Positions 13,641-26,700 of a stretch of DNA of 64,000 bases are shown piece after piece. Numbering within the stretch: position 1 is the stretch's first letter; every line of letters starts with the position of its first letter. Below the pieces are notes generated by a model. It made no database searches and was not told where the DNA came from. It saw nothing but the letters and a program-made list of their open reading frames with translations. Where the stretch lies: positions 82,452,357 to 82,516,356 of the forward strand of contig NC_090378.1 of assembly GCF_036365525.1 (NCBI RefSeq), read 5' to 3'. The translations under genes and the position numbers were made by a program. The DNA comes from Heterodontus francisci. Its lineage: Eukaryota.

Positions 13641-13741
13641 GTCTCTCCCATCTTGTAGCAGCCTCGTTTACAGAGGACAGATACGGTGTAGTACAGACAA
13701 CACTGTCATCCATTATGTGTACTATGCTCTCTCTCCAGGAG
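13641..13741 (+). CDS. NDC1: NDC1 coding exon (101 nt)
   Basis: ttttgcag| ... gag|gtaagc; [22 protein letters not shown], a hallmark NDC1 motif. Confidence 0.96.
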
Positions 13742-14894
13742 GTAAGCTTTTATATGATGTGCCAGGCACTGCAGTATGCATCTGTAATGCTTTTTCTTCA
13801 CGTGCTTTAGATTATTATAGTAAATGGTCTGTGATTAGAATTGTATGTCTACCTCAATCTTCACTTTATTTTTCTTCTACTCTCCCCTCCCCACACTAGT
13901 TAAACCCACACTAATTAAATCCCATTAACCCGACAAGACGTAGTGAGTCCTGAGGCTAACTTGGGGCCCATCCACATTAGCAATGTAATTCTGTCAATCA
14001 GGACCTCTGATTATATAACTGAGGTTTTTTTTCATATTGGAGAGGAACTGGATACTAAAAGCTCATGGGTTGTAGCCAATCAGTCTGTTCAGTTACCACA
14101 TTACTTACTTGGCTCACGCATTTGACTTGTCAAGAAGTGTGTATCCTGAAATTGCAAATCTGTAATTCACTCCTTGAGTTGCTTATTTGAAATATGACTG
14201 TTGGCGCAGTAAACATTCCTAATTTCTTGAGTGTCATGTGGGGGCTTCGGATCAGTGTGGGGTATGGGAGACTCGAGCGAAAGTCATATGCTGCCTCAGT
14301 GTCATGGGTAATTAATTTTTGTAGTTCTCAAATAATTGTGTGCATTTGTTCACTTATTAAGATAGGGCGGTGTATCTATAGCCAGAAATGATGTACTTTC
14401 ACACTTTGAGTATAGGTTCACACTACAAACAAACATGACTGTTACAAGGAGAAGCTTCCAACAATTCACTTTTGCCCCAATCGAAGATGATCACTTTCTA
14501 CTGTTATGATGTTTGCATTTCCCATATACTTGCAGATACTTGGAGCTATGTTAAAACTGGTTCAGATCCTTTCATATGAAACATTGGAACCATCAGAAAG
14601 GCAGAGTTTCTGTCTCATCAATCAAACTGGATGTAGGTGCAGTTCCCAGGGTGAAATGACCGCTTTTAATTCACTGTGCCATTCCGTTTCTGAATCCAGT
14701 ACAAACTAGGCACAGCATCTGAAAGAGAAAGACTTGATCAAACTATCTTTTTGTTAGCATTAATTTATATTTCAGACCAGATAAATCTATCTTTCAGATG
14801 CTGACAGAATTTTCCATTTTCTTTCAGATTTCCTTTAAAGATCCTTTTAAATCTCCAATCCATGACTGAGATTGTATTATTTCTTTTTAAACAG

Positions 14895-15055
14895 GCTGTA
14901 GACAGACATTTTAAACTGCCTCATGCCTCCAGCAAACCAGCTAGGTCCACTGGCACCCTGATAGATTCTTCTTACAAGACACTGAGATTTGCCCTTCGTG
15001 CCTCCTTGAAAACTGCAATTTACAGGATAACCACCACCTTTGGAGACCATTTAAA
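14895..15055 (+). CDS. NDC1: NDC1 coding exon (161 nt)
   Basis: aaacag| ... aa|gtaagt; [15 protein letters not shown]...[27 protein letters not shown]. Confidence 0.96.
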
Positions 15056-15127
15056 GTAAGTCTGTCTTTTATGCTTGCTCTAATGTTCTATATAGTACTA
15101 CAAGGTACATTTCCAGCTCTCTCTCTG

Positions 15128-17465
15128 ATAGAGTTGTATAGCACAGGAACAGGCCCTTCGACCCATCGTATAGCCAGCCATCAAGCACCTAACTATTATA
15201 ATCCCATTTTCCAGCACTTGGCCCGTAGCCTTGTATGCTATGGCGTTTCAAGTGCTCATCTAAATACTTCTTAAATGTTGTTATGGTTCCTGCCTCTACC
15301 ACCTCGTCAGGCAGTGCATTCCAGATTCCAACCACCCTCTGGGTGAAAGCATTTTTCCTCAACTCTCCTCTAAACCTCCTGCCCCTTACCTTAAGTCAAT
15401 GACCCCTAGTTATTGACCCTTCTGCTAAGGGAAAAGTTTCTTCCTATCTAACCTATCAATGCCTCTCATAATTTTGTATACCTCAATCATGTCTCCCCTC
15501 AACCTTCTCTGCTCTAAGGAAAACAACCCTAGCCTTTTCAGTCTCTCTTCATAGCTGAAATGCTCCAGCCCAGTCAACATCCTGGTGAATCTCCTCTGCA
15601 CCTTCTCCACTGCAATCACATCCTTCCTATAGTGTGGTGCCCAGAACTGTACACAGTACTCCAGCAGTGGCCTAACAGCTCCATCATAACCTCCCTGCTC
15701 TTATGTTCTGTGCCTCGGCTGATAAAGGCAAGTATCCCATATGCCCTCCTAACCACCTTATCTACCTGTGCTGCTGCCTTCAGTGATCTATGGACAAGTA
15801 CACTAAGGTCTCTCTGACCTTCTGTACCTCCTCGGGTCTTACCATCCATTGTATATTCCCTTGCCTTGTTAGTCCTCCCAAAATGCATCACCTCACACTT
15901 CTCAGGATTAAATTCCATTTGCCAGTGCTCTGCCCATCTTCCCAGCCCATCTATATCATCCTGTAATCTAAGGCTTTCCTCCTCACTATTTACGACACCA
16001 CCAATTTTCATGTCATCTGCGAACTTACTTATCATGCCTCCTATATTCACGTCTAAATCATCAATGTCCACTACAAACAGCAAGGGTCCCAGCACCGATC
16101 CCTGCGGTACACCACTGGTCACAGGCTTCCACTCGCAAAAACAACCCTCGACCATCACCCTCTGCCTCCTGCCACTAAGCTAATTTTGGATCCACTTTGC
16201 CGAATTGCCCTGGATCCCGTGGGCTCTTACCTTCTTAACCAATCTCCTTATCAAAAGCCTTACTGAAGTCCATGTAGACTACATCAACTACTTTACCCTC
16301 ATCTACACATCTAGTCACCGCCTCGAAAAATTCAATCAAGTTAGTTAGACATGGTCTCCCTCTGACAAAGCCATGCTAAGTATCCCTGATTAATCCCTGC
16401 CTCTCCAAGTGGAGGTTAATCCTGTCCCTCAGAATTTTTTCCAATATTTTCCCTACCACTGATGTTGGACTCACTGGCCTGTAATTACCTGGTTTATCCC
16501 TGCTACCCTTCTTGAATAGTGGCACCACATTCGCTGTCCTCCAGTCCTCTGGTACCTCTCCTGTGGCCAGAGAGGATTTGAAAATTTGTGTCAGACCCCC
16601 TGCTATCTCCTCCCTTGCCTCACATAGCAGCCTGGGATACATCTCATCTGGGCCTGGAGATTATCCATTTTTAAACCCGCTGAAACAACTAATACTTCCT
16701 CCCTTTCAATGCTAATATGTTCAAGTATATCACAATCCCCCTCCCTGATCTCTGCACCTACATCGTCCTTCTCCATAGTGAACGCAGATGCAAAGTAGTC
16801 ATTTAAAACCTCACCTCTGTCCTCTGGCTCCACACTCAGATTGCCACTTTGGTCCCTAATGGGCCCCACTCTTTCCCTAGTTATCCTCTTGCCCTTAATA
16901 TACTTATAAAACGCCTTAAGAGTTTTCTTTATCTTATCCGCCAGTGTTTTTTCATGTCCACTCTTCACTCTCCTAATTACTTTTTTTTAGTACCCCCCTA
17001 CACTTTCTATACTCCTCTAGTGCCTCTGCTGTTTTCAGAATCTGCCATAAGCCTCTTTTTTTTTTTTCCTGATCCAATCCTCTACATCACTTGACATCCA
17101 GGGTTTCCTGGACTTGTTGGTCCTACCCTTCACCTTAACGGGTACATGTTGGCTCTGAACCCTCACTATTTCCTCTTTGAATGACTCCCACTGGTCTGAT
17201 GCAAGTAGCTGCTCCCAGTCCACTTTGGCCAGATCCTGTTTTATCATATCAAAATTGGCCTTCCCCCAATTCAGCACCTTTATTTCCGGCCCGTATTTGC
17301 CCTTTTCCATAACTACCTTAACTCTTACAGAGTTATAGTCACTTCCCCGAAATGTTCCCCCACTGACGCTTCTACCACTTGTCCAGCTTCATTCCCTAGG
17401 ATTAGGTCCAGTACTGCCCCTTCCCTTGTAGGATTTTCTACGTACTGGCTCAAAAAGCTCTCCTG
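15128..17465 (-). mobile_element. 5'-truncated CR1 LINE (RT) with frameshifts
   Basis: ORF fragments [35 protein letters not shown]; CR1 tail at ~15130. Confidence 0.93.
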
Positions 17466-17631
17466 ATGGCCTTGCTAAATAAGTTTGCTTAAGATAATTG
17501 TGATAAAATTAACTTTAGATGAAACTGGAAGTTTTCTCTCAAAGCCTTGTGCAATGTTCAAATAAACATATTCAATAACTTACGAATCTAAAAGCAGAAA
17601 CTGGTTTATGTTGAATCATTTTTAATTTCAG

Positions 17632-17695
17632 AGCTGTCCAGCTTTCATCAGAACACAGAAAAAGACTACAACAGTTTCTGGAGTACAAAGAGTGA
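17632..17695 (+). CDS. NDC1: NDC1 last coding exon with stop
   Basis: tttcag| phase 2; (K)AVQLSSEHRKRLQQFLEYKE*, TGA at 17693-17695. Confidence 0.95.
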
Positions 17696-18217
17696 AGCGA
17701 TTAGTAATTTTACATCCTCACAGATCTGATGTTACTTAGTGCAGAGACTTTATAACCCACTTCCAATCTTGTCCTTTTTTTCTAAAGTTCATTTTTATAT
17801 TCTGCACCAGTATAGGATTATTTTCTGTTGTAAAACCTTTTAGAAGAATGATCCTAAGATTTCTTTTTTTTCATTGGGAACACTTTTCAACTTGTTTTTT
17901 TTGGTGGGGGGGCTGTTTGTACATCTTTACAGAGAGTCAGTGTGTGCGTGTGTGTGTGTTTGTAAAGGGCCAGTATTTTCTGTTGAAATGCTGTTTTAAG
18001 TTACACAAAATTAAACCAGAGCTTTTAATAACCAGATATTTTTGACAGCTGTACATATTCAGAAGTCTAAATACGTCTTTGAAATTACCTTTGCATTTCT
18101 GGATGGTAAATACAATTTTAATTGGGTTGAGTTACAATGGACAGCTTTTGAAAATATTTTCTTGTATATAATCTGTTCTCTAAATTTCCAGCGACAGTGT
18201 TCAGCTAACTTCCTATG

Positions 18218-18327
18218 AATAAAAAATAACGTGACAGTAGCAGCTAGCTCTTTTCAGATCCATCTAAAGTTGGTAAATGTACATGTAGAAAAGAACCTGG
18301 TTACTTCAATGAATGGTGAAAAATAAA
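18218..18327 (+). terminator. Candidate NDC1 polyadenylation signals
   Basis: AATAAA at 18218-18223 and 18322-18327 after an AT-rich 3' UTR; the second is followed by GT/T-rich sequence. Confidence 0.45.
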
Positions 18328-20244
18328 TGTGATTTGATTCAAATGTTATGTTTATCAAAAATGATGGTCTGAATTTTTCCCCATTTTCTCTCCTCTCCTG
18401 AAGATCTTGCCTCTTGCTGGGCTACAGTTGTTTTGTTTTTCCTTTTGGAAGAAAATGTGGTGACCATTTGTTTTGTTTATACCAGCAGCTGACACTTGAT
18501 ACCATGAGCAAACCTTGGCTATATGGTTTGTTTCTGAAGCTTTTTTTTAATGCTCAAAGCCAGCAGGATTAGTACTTTCCACTTACTGACATTCACTGTC
18601 TGTCGATTTTTTTTCCTGGTCAAGTACGGAATGGGTTAGATACCAAATAAAGTTCTGTCTACACTGCTGTAAGATATCCTAACCCCAATCTGCATTTAGG
18701 GAAGTGCCTTCCATTGTCTTGCTGTGGCATTTCTATTTTCACACCAGCCATCCACTGGCATTGAGAACTTACTTCCATATTCAGAGCAGCTTTGTGGTGC
18801 AGAGTAACACCCACCAGGAACTGGATTAACCCTGCCTGAAACTCATTTCACATACAATCCCTATGGCTAGGGAAAAAGGAGACTTTCAACCCATCAATCT
18901 GGGCTCAAGTGGTTATCTAACTCTGTAGCACCTTGTCTTTTATTTATCTGTAAGTTTCAAATCTAAATCTATGGTTATAGATTGGAAAAAATATTGAAAG
19001 ATTTCCACTAAGAAGTCAGCCTTCTAATATCTGTATCCAAGTTATTTGATTGAAAGTGGTCAGTGACCTCCATTACAATGCAAGGTTTGATTATTGTGTG
19101 CCTTTGTCACAATCTAATTTTCTGAAATGTACCACGCACATGTGCAACATACTGAAAAATTTCCGAGGTAAGAAACACTCTAACCAGATCTTTTGCCTTT
19201 TGTAGTTTTACAAAGAGCCAGCATGAGATTCAAAGAGTGAATTGCGTTCTGATTAGAACTGTGCAGGGATTGAGTGACACAAGATCAATATTGAGTCTTG
19301 GGAGTTGTAAAATAAAACTATCAATAATGTGGTGCAAAGGGCATTAGACCACTAAACTATAGAAAAATATAACTATTTTGTGGCAAAGGAGTGAACTCCA
19401 AAGTTACTTGGGGGTTGGGGGGGGGAACCAAAATTGTCAAGCTTCCAACTTGCCAGAAATGATTGATTTAATTAAGTCATAGTCTCGTGGCCCCAGCCCA
19501 TTACCAAAATGGACTTGTTTCCAATGGTGCAATAAGCCTAAAAATATAATGGATTTTGCTGTTGAACATACATGTATCACCACTTTTCTATAAAAAGTAC
19601 TTGATCTTCAGATTTACTTAGGATGGGGTCCTGAGCTATATAACAATAGATCATCTGAGGAGGCTGAAGATCTCCAATCCGTCTACCATTTGTAAATATT
19701 CATCGAGGAGAGCGCCTGCTGTTTCTTTGGATTCATCAGAAAGTTGCACATATAGTCCAATTTTAGCTGCTTGTTTGTCCCAGTACAGTTAGGACTAACA
19801 ACTGTAGGAACGCTCTTAATCAATAGTCTACAATAAAATGAGGAAGGTGATCAGTCTTAAGAAAGAATTGGTTCTTTTGAAGTGATAAATTACACTCCCT
19901 AAGAGTCAGTGATCAGAAGCTTGATGGTGATTAAGTGTCTACTCTTTATTCAGTTGCCAGGGATCCTATTTGTTGCTGGTAACATTATGATGCAGTTTTG
20001 GATGGCTGCCAGGCAGACGAGGGCAATATGCGGTTGGGATTTTCTTGGGAGTGAGTCCTTCAAATGCCAGCAAGGAGCCAGATGGTAAAACTTAAAAGTT
20101 ATTCTGTCCCTCTAATGCACCTATTTATTCTCCCAATTTAATAATTAAATAAGCCTGTGTCGATCTTTGAATTACAGACCAGCAGTTTCAGATTTTGCTG
20201 TCCAGGCCACTTGATGCTGCTCCTAATATTACAGAGTACAGTAC

Positions 20245-20905
20245 ATAGTACTTATAGCACAGAAACAGGCCATTTGGCCCAACAGGTCCATGCTGGTGTT
20301 TATGCTGCATACAACCTCCTTCCACCCTTCTTCATCTAATCCCATCAACAGTTTCTTTGATTCCTTTCTCCTTCTTGTGTTTACCTAGCTTCCCCTTAAA
20401 TGCATCTATGCTGTTCACTTGAACTATTCATCATGGTAGTGAGTTCCACATTTTAACCAGTCACTAGATAAAGAAGTTTATCCTGAATTCCCTATTGGAT
20501 TTAGGTTTTATTTATGCCCCTGCTTCTGATCTCCCCTGTAAGTGGAAATATCTTCTCTATGTCTTCCTATCAAACCTTTTCATAATCTCAAAGACCTTTT
20601 ATCAGGTAACCCTCTGTCTTCTCTTTTCTAGAAAAACACAGCCTGTTCAATTTTTTCCTGATACGTATAACCCCTCAGTTCCAGTAACATTCCAGTAGAT
20701 ATTCCATGCATCTTCTCTAGTGCCTCTATTTCCTTTTTATAATGAGACCAGAACTGTCAGAGTACTTGGTGTAATCTAACCAAGGTTCTACACAAGTTCA
20801 GTATATCTTCTCTGCTTTTCAATTGTATCCTTTTAGAAATGAATACCAGTGCTTGGTTTGCTTTATTGTGGCCTTTATTAAGCTGCGTCACTACTTTTAG
20901 TGATG
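20245..20905 (-). mobile_element. Old CR1 3' fragment
   Basis: Tail agcacagaaacaggccatt... and decayed RT C-terminus similar to 7609-8270. Confidence 0.7.
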
Positions 20906-22169
20906 ACTTTTAACATGAAGATCTTGCTGGCCAGCTCATTGAATGCTGCTCCTAATGTGAAGATTGTTTCTGAAGTATTGCCCAACTGGGAGCTTGAGTG
21001 TGAATTACTTTAAAGATCTGTGGGAGGAGCCTTTGACTACTTTGTGCACATCCAGGTTAACAATAGTTGTCTGTGACTTTATTTTCAAGTTAAAGGAAGA
21101 ACGAGGCATAGCAGTTTAGTGCCATTGGGTTAGGCAGTAAGATCTGCGAGCGAAGAGGTTATTTGACGGAGAATTTTGAATCCATGTTTTTATGTCCAAT
21201 TCCATTTGGGGGATTGAAAGGTAGTTGGGCAGATCTTCTCCAGGATATTCAAGAAATGAGGTAGATAGTATGAGGTCCATGGAGTGGGCTCTCTCCATAC
21301 TTCCTTAAGCTCTTTTATAAAAATTACAAAAAGCTTGGTGCTATGGAGAGACAAAACATGAGTGGGAGGATGGAGAAACTGCAGCTGAGATGTCCAGACC
21401 CAAGTTGCTAGAGGTTACCAATCAGACCTGTACATCAGAAGATTTCCATCACTCCTGCTGAAACCACTGAGGGAAGCACCTCTTGGAAGCAGTAGAACAG
21501 GGAAAGAGAGCAGTTAAGAAAAGTACAATAGAGTAACACTAGGGTGAAATTTATCTATAATGCCAGTCTGTGAAGGCATTTAAAACTAATACAACTAAAT
21601 AGTGACGATTTGGCTGTTGTAAGGATTATGTTGAGGTATTCAGCCATCAATAGCAGCGGCATCTGTACAAATTATGGTCGGAGCCTGGGGGAGGGGGTTC
21701 TTGCAATGTGGAGGGTTAAGATGGATTGGTGTTGAAAGATTGTTCATGCACAGGTGATATGAAGGTTTTGGTTCTGATTTTTCTTTCATTGGTAAGGCTG
21801 GTCTACCAGCTGCTGCCAAATAGCTCTGACTGCTGATGTGCAGATCTGCTGCAACTTCTGCATTTTCTTGCTCTTCCAGTGGTGATGACTCCTTGGCTGC
21901 TGCTGGCTGTTGCTAGATGTGGTTATGCAGAATGCAGCAGATGGCACAATACAGGAGACGCAACAAGATAGTATTGAAGGAAACCCCCAGATTTATTCTG
22001 GCACCCTAATTACTGTTTCAGCAAAGCAATGGCTTGCTTGTACTGAACTGGTGCACTCCCGTCTATCATTGTATCACCTTTCATCTGAGGTTTGTGGGTG
22101 TCATCAGCAATGGCAATAACAAGTAACTCTTGCGCCTTAATAGGCATCCTCGAACCTGCTGGTCTTTCT

Positions 22170-22750
22170 CAAAAAGTGTAGCGATATTGGACTGTTTCAG
22201 AATGAACATAACTTCTCCAAGCATGATTTAACCAATTCTCTCTAAAATTTAAGATTACCTTCCTGCTTTTGCTTTCTATTTCTCTTGAAATAAACGCCAG
22301 TGTTTTGTCTGCACACCTTATCAACTCGTGTTGTTACCTGTAGTGATTTATGTATCTGTATTCGCAGATCACTTTGCTCCTCTACTCCATTTAGTTCCTT
22401 GCCTTCCACTGAATTAAATTACCTCCTTATTCCTCCTACCAAAATGAACCACTTCACACTTCTCTATATTTAATTTAATTTGCTATTTATCAGCTCACTG
22501 CAAGCTTGTTTTTCTTCCTGTATTTTGTGTCATTCTCCACCTTATTAGTTATGCCTTTCAATTTGATGCCATCTGCAAATCTCGAACACCATACCAACAA
22601 TTCCTGAGTCCATATATATGGTAAACAACAGCAGTCCCAATACAGATCCTTGCGGGACATCACTTCCCACTTGCTGCTGCTCCAAGAAACTTCTATTAAC
22701 TCCTACATACTATTTTCCTGTTTTGTAGCCATTTATTAATTTTGATCTTG
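22170..22750 (-). mobile_element. Old CR1 RT fragment
   Basis: Reverse complement of GVPQGSVLG (cccaatacagatccttgcgggac) and FADG (catctgcaaa) remnants. Confidence 0.65.
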
Positions 22751-22989
22751 AGTTGATAAGATCTGGAATTTATCTTCAGCATCCATTTATAAAAGGGATA
22801 AAGCTTATCCTGTTTTTGCCAGAACAGAAGAGATTAGGGGATGATTTGATAGAGATGTTTAAAATCGTGATGAGTGAGACAGAGCAGCTAAGCAAACTAT
22901 TTGCAGCTATTGAGGGATATAGAATAAGAGGTAAGATTAAGAGTAAAATATTTAAGCCAGCAAACAGGAGAAACATTCCAGAGATTTGA

Positions 22990-23282
22990 GCAGAAATATA
23001 TAAACTGACACTGCAATGCTGTATTGAGAGAGTGCTGCACTGTCGGAAGTGAGGAAGTGTCCTGTTTGGTAGTTAAACCTTCCTGTCTACCCTTTCGGGT
23101 GGACTTAAAAAACCTCATGGCACTAACATTATCTGGTCATGATCGCTTGCTGTCTGTGGGACCTTGCTGCAGTTCTTAGATTACAAAGTGACTACACTTT
23201 TAAGTGTCTTGTTGGCTGTAAAGCACTTTGGGACGTTCTGAGGTCATGAAAGGCGCTACATAAATGCAAGTTATTTTCTTTT
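22990..23282 (+). mobile_element. Deu-domain SINE (SacSINE1/AmnSINE1-like), internally deleted
   Basis: gtgctgcactgtcgga...caaagtgactacactt...aggcgctacataaatgcaag; related copies at 31555, 32240, 45380, 49895. Confidence 0.7.
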
Positions 23283-23617
23283 TAACAATTGTCATTTATT
23301 CGTGGTTGATATTGAGTGACGTACTTCTGATAAATGGATGACAACCCCAGTCAGTTCAGTACAAAACACTTTTAATCAGTCTTGCAGGATAATTTATAGT
23401 GTTGCCAAAGATTAAAATGTACAGACAGGTGAGATTAGAAATGATTTCACATGATAGTCTTATTAAGTAGCTTTTCGTTAAACTGAAAGCCAAATACATT
23501 TCTGAGAAACAATAAACCTTTAAATGATTCATACGCATTGAAAATTCACTTTTATTTATTAAGTACAATGTGATCATATCCACGTACTGTGTGTACCGAT
23601 TAATTGAGGCTTCCGCT

Positions 23618-24481
23618 TTATTCGAACTGATTTCTCCGCTTCTCTCTGTGTTGTAGAGAATAGTTCTCAGTTTGGGGAAATTCTGTAGATGCTTGTCGAT
23701 GATTTTGCTGAATTGCAGCCTCGTTTTCTTTAGGAATCACCGACACCCGATCCACAAACTTTTGCTTCATCTTCTCCGTCTGCTGCTGCAGCTCCTGCTG
23801 TTTCACAATAGCGTCAGAGTTTCTCTTTTGAAACCTCCTGTAAATGGGGATGGAGGCGATGGTCTGAATGCACTTATCCAAAGTCTGGTGAGATTTCTGC
23901 TGATTAAACAGGAACCGTCTGAAGAGGCGGTTAATCCGCAGGGTTTGATCTCTCTGAATCGTGGCTTCTTCCCACAGTTTTAACACCCGGTCATGCTCAT
24001 TGGTCAGATTCCTTACCTGACTCTGAGCTGCTTGGAGACGATCTTCTAAAAGCTTTCTAACATTTTCCGCCTCAGCCAGATCCGAGGCCATTTGATCTAT
24101 TTCCTGGTGTAACCTGGTATTTTCTTGCAGGAGATTCTTGCATTGTTCCGCCCTCTCCTTCAGTTCTTTTACTACCTCCCTGGTCAGTTTGTTCCTGAGT
24201 CTGGGGTTGGCATCTAGCTGCAGCTCGGGTTGGAGTTTTTTGATAGTTTTATTCAGGCTCTTGTTCTCCGAGTTCAGGGTTTTGATCTTTTCCTTCAGTT
24301 CACGGATTTGTGCTCTCGTCGCCGTCTCGATCATTTGCAATTTATCTCGGCTGATTTCCCCTTTCTTCGACGCTTCGTCTCTTTCTTTCTTGTATTTTTG
24401 TAAGAGTTTCTTGACCTCAGACTTGTTCAGCGTGTTTCTGTGTGGGACAAAGCCCCGGGTCTCCCCCTTTGGGCCGGACAT
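23618..24481 (-). CDS. Uncharacterised coiled-coil protein, single coding exon, 287 aa from ATG at 24481 (MSGPKGETRGF...)
   Basis: Uninterrupted ORF rich in E/K/Q/R/L heptads; ATG in gaaATG context 7 nt after a good acceptor; candidate 90-nt 5' UTR intron 24578-24489; doubled AATAAA at 23560-23551. Confidence 0.75.
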   Translation of the reverse strand: MSGPKGETRGFVPHRNTLNKSEVKKLLQKYKKERDEASKKGEISRDKLQMIETATRAQIRELKEKIKTLNSENKSLNKTIKKLQPELQLDANPRLRNKLTREVVKELKERAEQCKNLLQENTRLHQEIDQMASDLAEAENVRKLLEDRLQAAQSQVRNLTNEHDRVLKLWEEATIQRDQTLRINRLFRRFLFNQQKSHQTLDKCIQTIASIPIYRRFQKRNSDAIVKQQELQQQTEKMKQKFVDRVSVIPKENEAAIQQNHRQASTEFPQTENYSLQHREKRRNQFE

Positions 24482-24919
24482 TTCAAATCTGAGTTTGGGA
24501 CAAACATAGAGAAATGAGTTTGACAGACACATTATACGCCCGTCCCTCTTTGGTTTAAGTTTAAAAATGTACGAATACCTTTCTTCCAAGTTTAGGAGAC
24601 CCTGGTGTTATTCAAGTGGAATGCTCATTGACTGTAATTACAATACTGCTGTCCTCAAATCCAGTCATCTAGCGATAACCCTTCATATTTATTTGAAAAT
24701 AATATTAAGTGATCGGTGTTCTCACTAGCTAAACTGTTTCCACTGGTAGGTGGGTCTATAACCAGAGGACACGGATTTAAAGTAACTGGCAAAAAAAAAG
24801 AGAAATGAGAAGAAGTTTATTTAGGCAGTGAGTTATGATTCGGAATGCGCTGCCTGAAAGGTTGGTGGAAGCAGATTCAGTAGTAACTTTCAAAAGGGAA
24901 TTGGATAAATACTTGAAAG

Positions 24920-25207
24920 GGAGTGTCCCCTGACAAGGCAGAACATGTGCAGAGCCATCACCCAGTCATCGGGTGCGGCTGAACATTTGCCAGCATGCGT
25001 CTGTGCATGTGCACGTCAAGGTCACCTCGTAATGACGGCCATTGAGGGGTGAGGGGGTTTGGGTTCAATTTTTTTGTCAAATTGAGCAGCCCCATTTTCA
25101 TTACTGCCTGTGATGTCGCAGACAATGACGTTTCTGTTGATTGAGGCTGCATTTGCCTATGTGCCAGTACTGCGCCATGGTGGTCGCATTGTCAGAAAAT
25201 GCAGCCT
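24920..25207. mobile_element. 288-bp non-autonomous insertion inside a CR1 3' fragment (24720-25320)
   Basis: Flanked by direct repeat CTTGAAAG (24912-24919 / 25208-25215); subterminal inverted match ctgacaaggc / gcattgtcag. Confidence 0.55.
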
Positions 25208-25384
25208 CTTGAAAGCGGAAATTTGCAGGGCTATAGGGAAAGAGGAAAGTTGGACCAATTGGATAGCTCTTTCAAAAGACCCAACACAGGCACGATGGGC
25301 CGAATTCTATGATAAATATTTCAAATTGTAGCAACTGCAATGACATGAAATAAACACAGCCTTCCTGCTAGTCACTTGAGTTTG

Positions 25385-26700
25385 TTTTTTTTCCTCAAAA
25401 AATATACTTCATTCATAAAACCTGCTTGAGTACATTACAAAACAGTTCAAATTTGACATTACATCAAGTGCAATGCAGATCAGTTTATTTCTTTCAATAC
25501 ACTACGAGGTGCCTCACTACACTTGCCATTACAGGTTGTATTTACAACATATTTCATGCCAAGCATTCTCTGGTGCATACAGACTGAGGGGCTTTACAGA
25601 GTTTCCAACCCTGGACATTCTATGACAGAAGAGCCTTACACAGCTTTGCAGCAGCTGGCCCAAGCTTTAGTGCATCCCTCAGCATGTAGTCCAGGATCTT
25701 GGAATGTGCCAGTCTGCAACACTTGGTCATCGACAACTCTTTGCACTGGAAGACCAGCAAGTTTCAGGCAGACCAAAGTGCATCTTTCACCAAGTTCGTG
25801 GTCCTCCAGCAGCAGTTGATGTTTATCTCAGTGTGCATCCCTGGGAACAAGCGTCCTGCATTACGGAGCTGCTTATGATGAACCTCTCCATCTCTTTCCA
25901 GACCTGTTTTCCAAAGGCACATTTCAGAAGGAGGTGGATGACAGTCTGTTCCTCACTACAGCTGCAGGGGCAACATGCGGAGGCAGAGACACTCCGGGCA
26001 TCAGGATCTGACGGGGAGGGCCCTTCTCACCACCAGCCAAGCTATGTCTTGGTGCTTGTTTGCACGTTCTGACAAACAAGCATTCTGCCAAATGAGTTTG
26101 ACAGTCTGCTCGGGGAACCATCCGACAGGATCCACCATCTCCTTTTCCCACAGGGCTTCGAGGACATTACTTGTGGACTGCTACCTGACAGACTTGTGGT
26201 CAAAAGTGTTTTTCTGCACACTAGGTGGTGTGGCACAGTCCAACTGAATGGAGCGTTCCATGTTAACGTGGCCAGACCCATCCTTCGCAACACTGGGGAC
26301 AGATAGTACTTCAGCACGTAGTAACACTTGGTGTTTGTGTACCAAAGGTCCATACACAGCTTGATGCAGCCACAGACAAAGGTGGCCATCAGGATGAGGG
26401 TGACGTTGGGTATGTATTTTCCCCCTTTATCTAGAGGTTTGAACATTGTGTCCCTGTGGACATGGACCATTTTCAATCTCCAAATAAAACTGGCTCAGGT
26501 GCCTTCCACGGCACAGGAGTGGGGTATGGGACAGGCCTGCGCCACATAAAGCAACCCCGAGAGTGCCTGACATCTGATGATCAGGTTCTTACCCGCAATG
26601 GAGGGGGAGCGCTGCTTCCACATAACCAGTTTCTGTTTCACCATGTCTGCTCACTCCTTCCAGTTGTTTATTTGCTGTGAGTTCAGCTCCAGAGGATGTT
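25385..26700 (-). mobile_element. Decayed L1/Tx1-clade LINE, ORF2 C-terminal region
   Basis: RDTMFKPLDKGGKYIPNV, a C-terminal zinc-knuckle-like CPCSCSEEQTVIHLLLKC in another frame, and an A-rich tail at ~25385. Confidence 0.7.

Noticed and set aside
23672-24509. Plus-strand ORFs of 103 and 123 aa
   Set aside because: Antisense shadows of the coiled-coil ORF
24482-24589. N-terminal 36 aa of the 323-aa ORF call
   Set aside because: Starts at TTG and mostly lies in a GT-AG intron candidate; ATG 24481 is the better start
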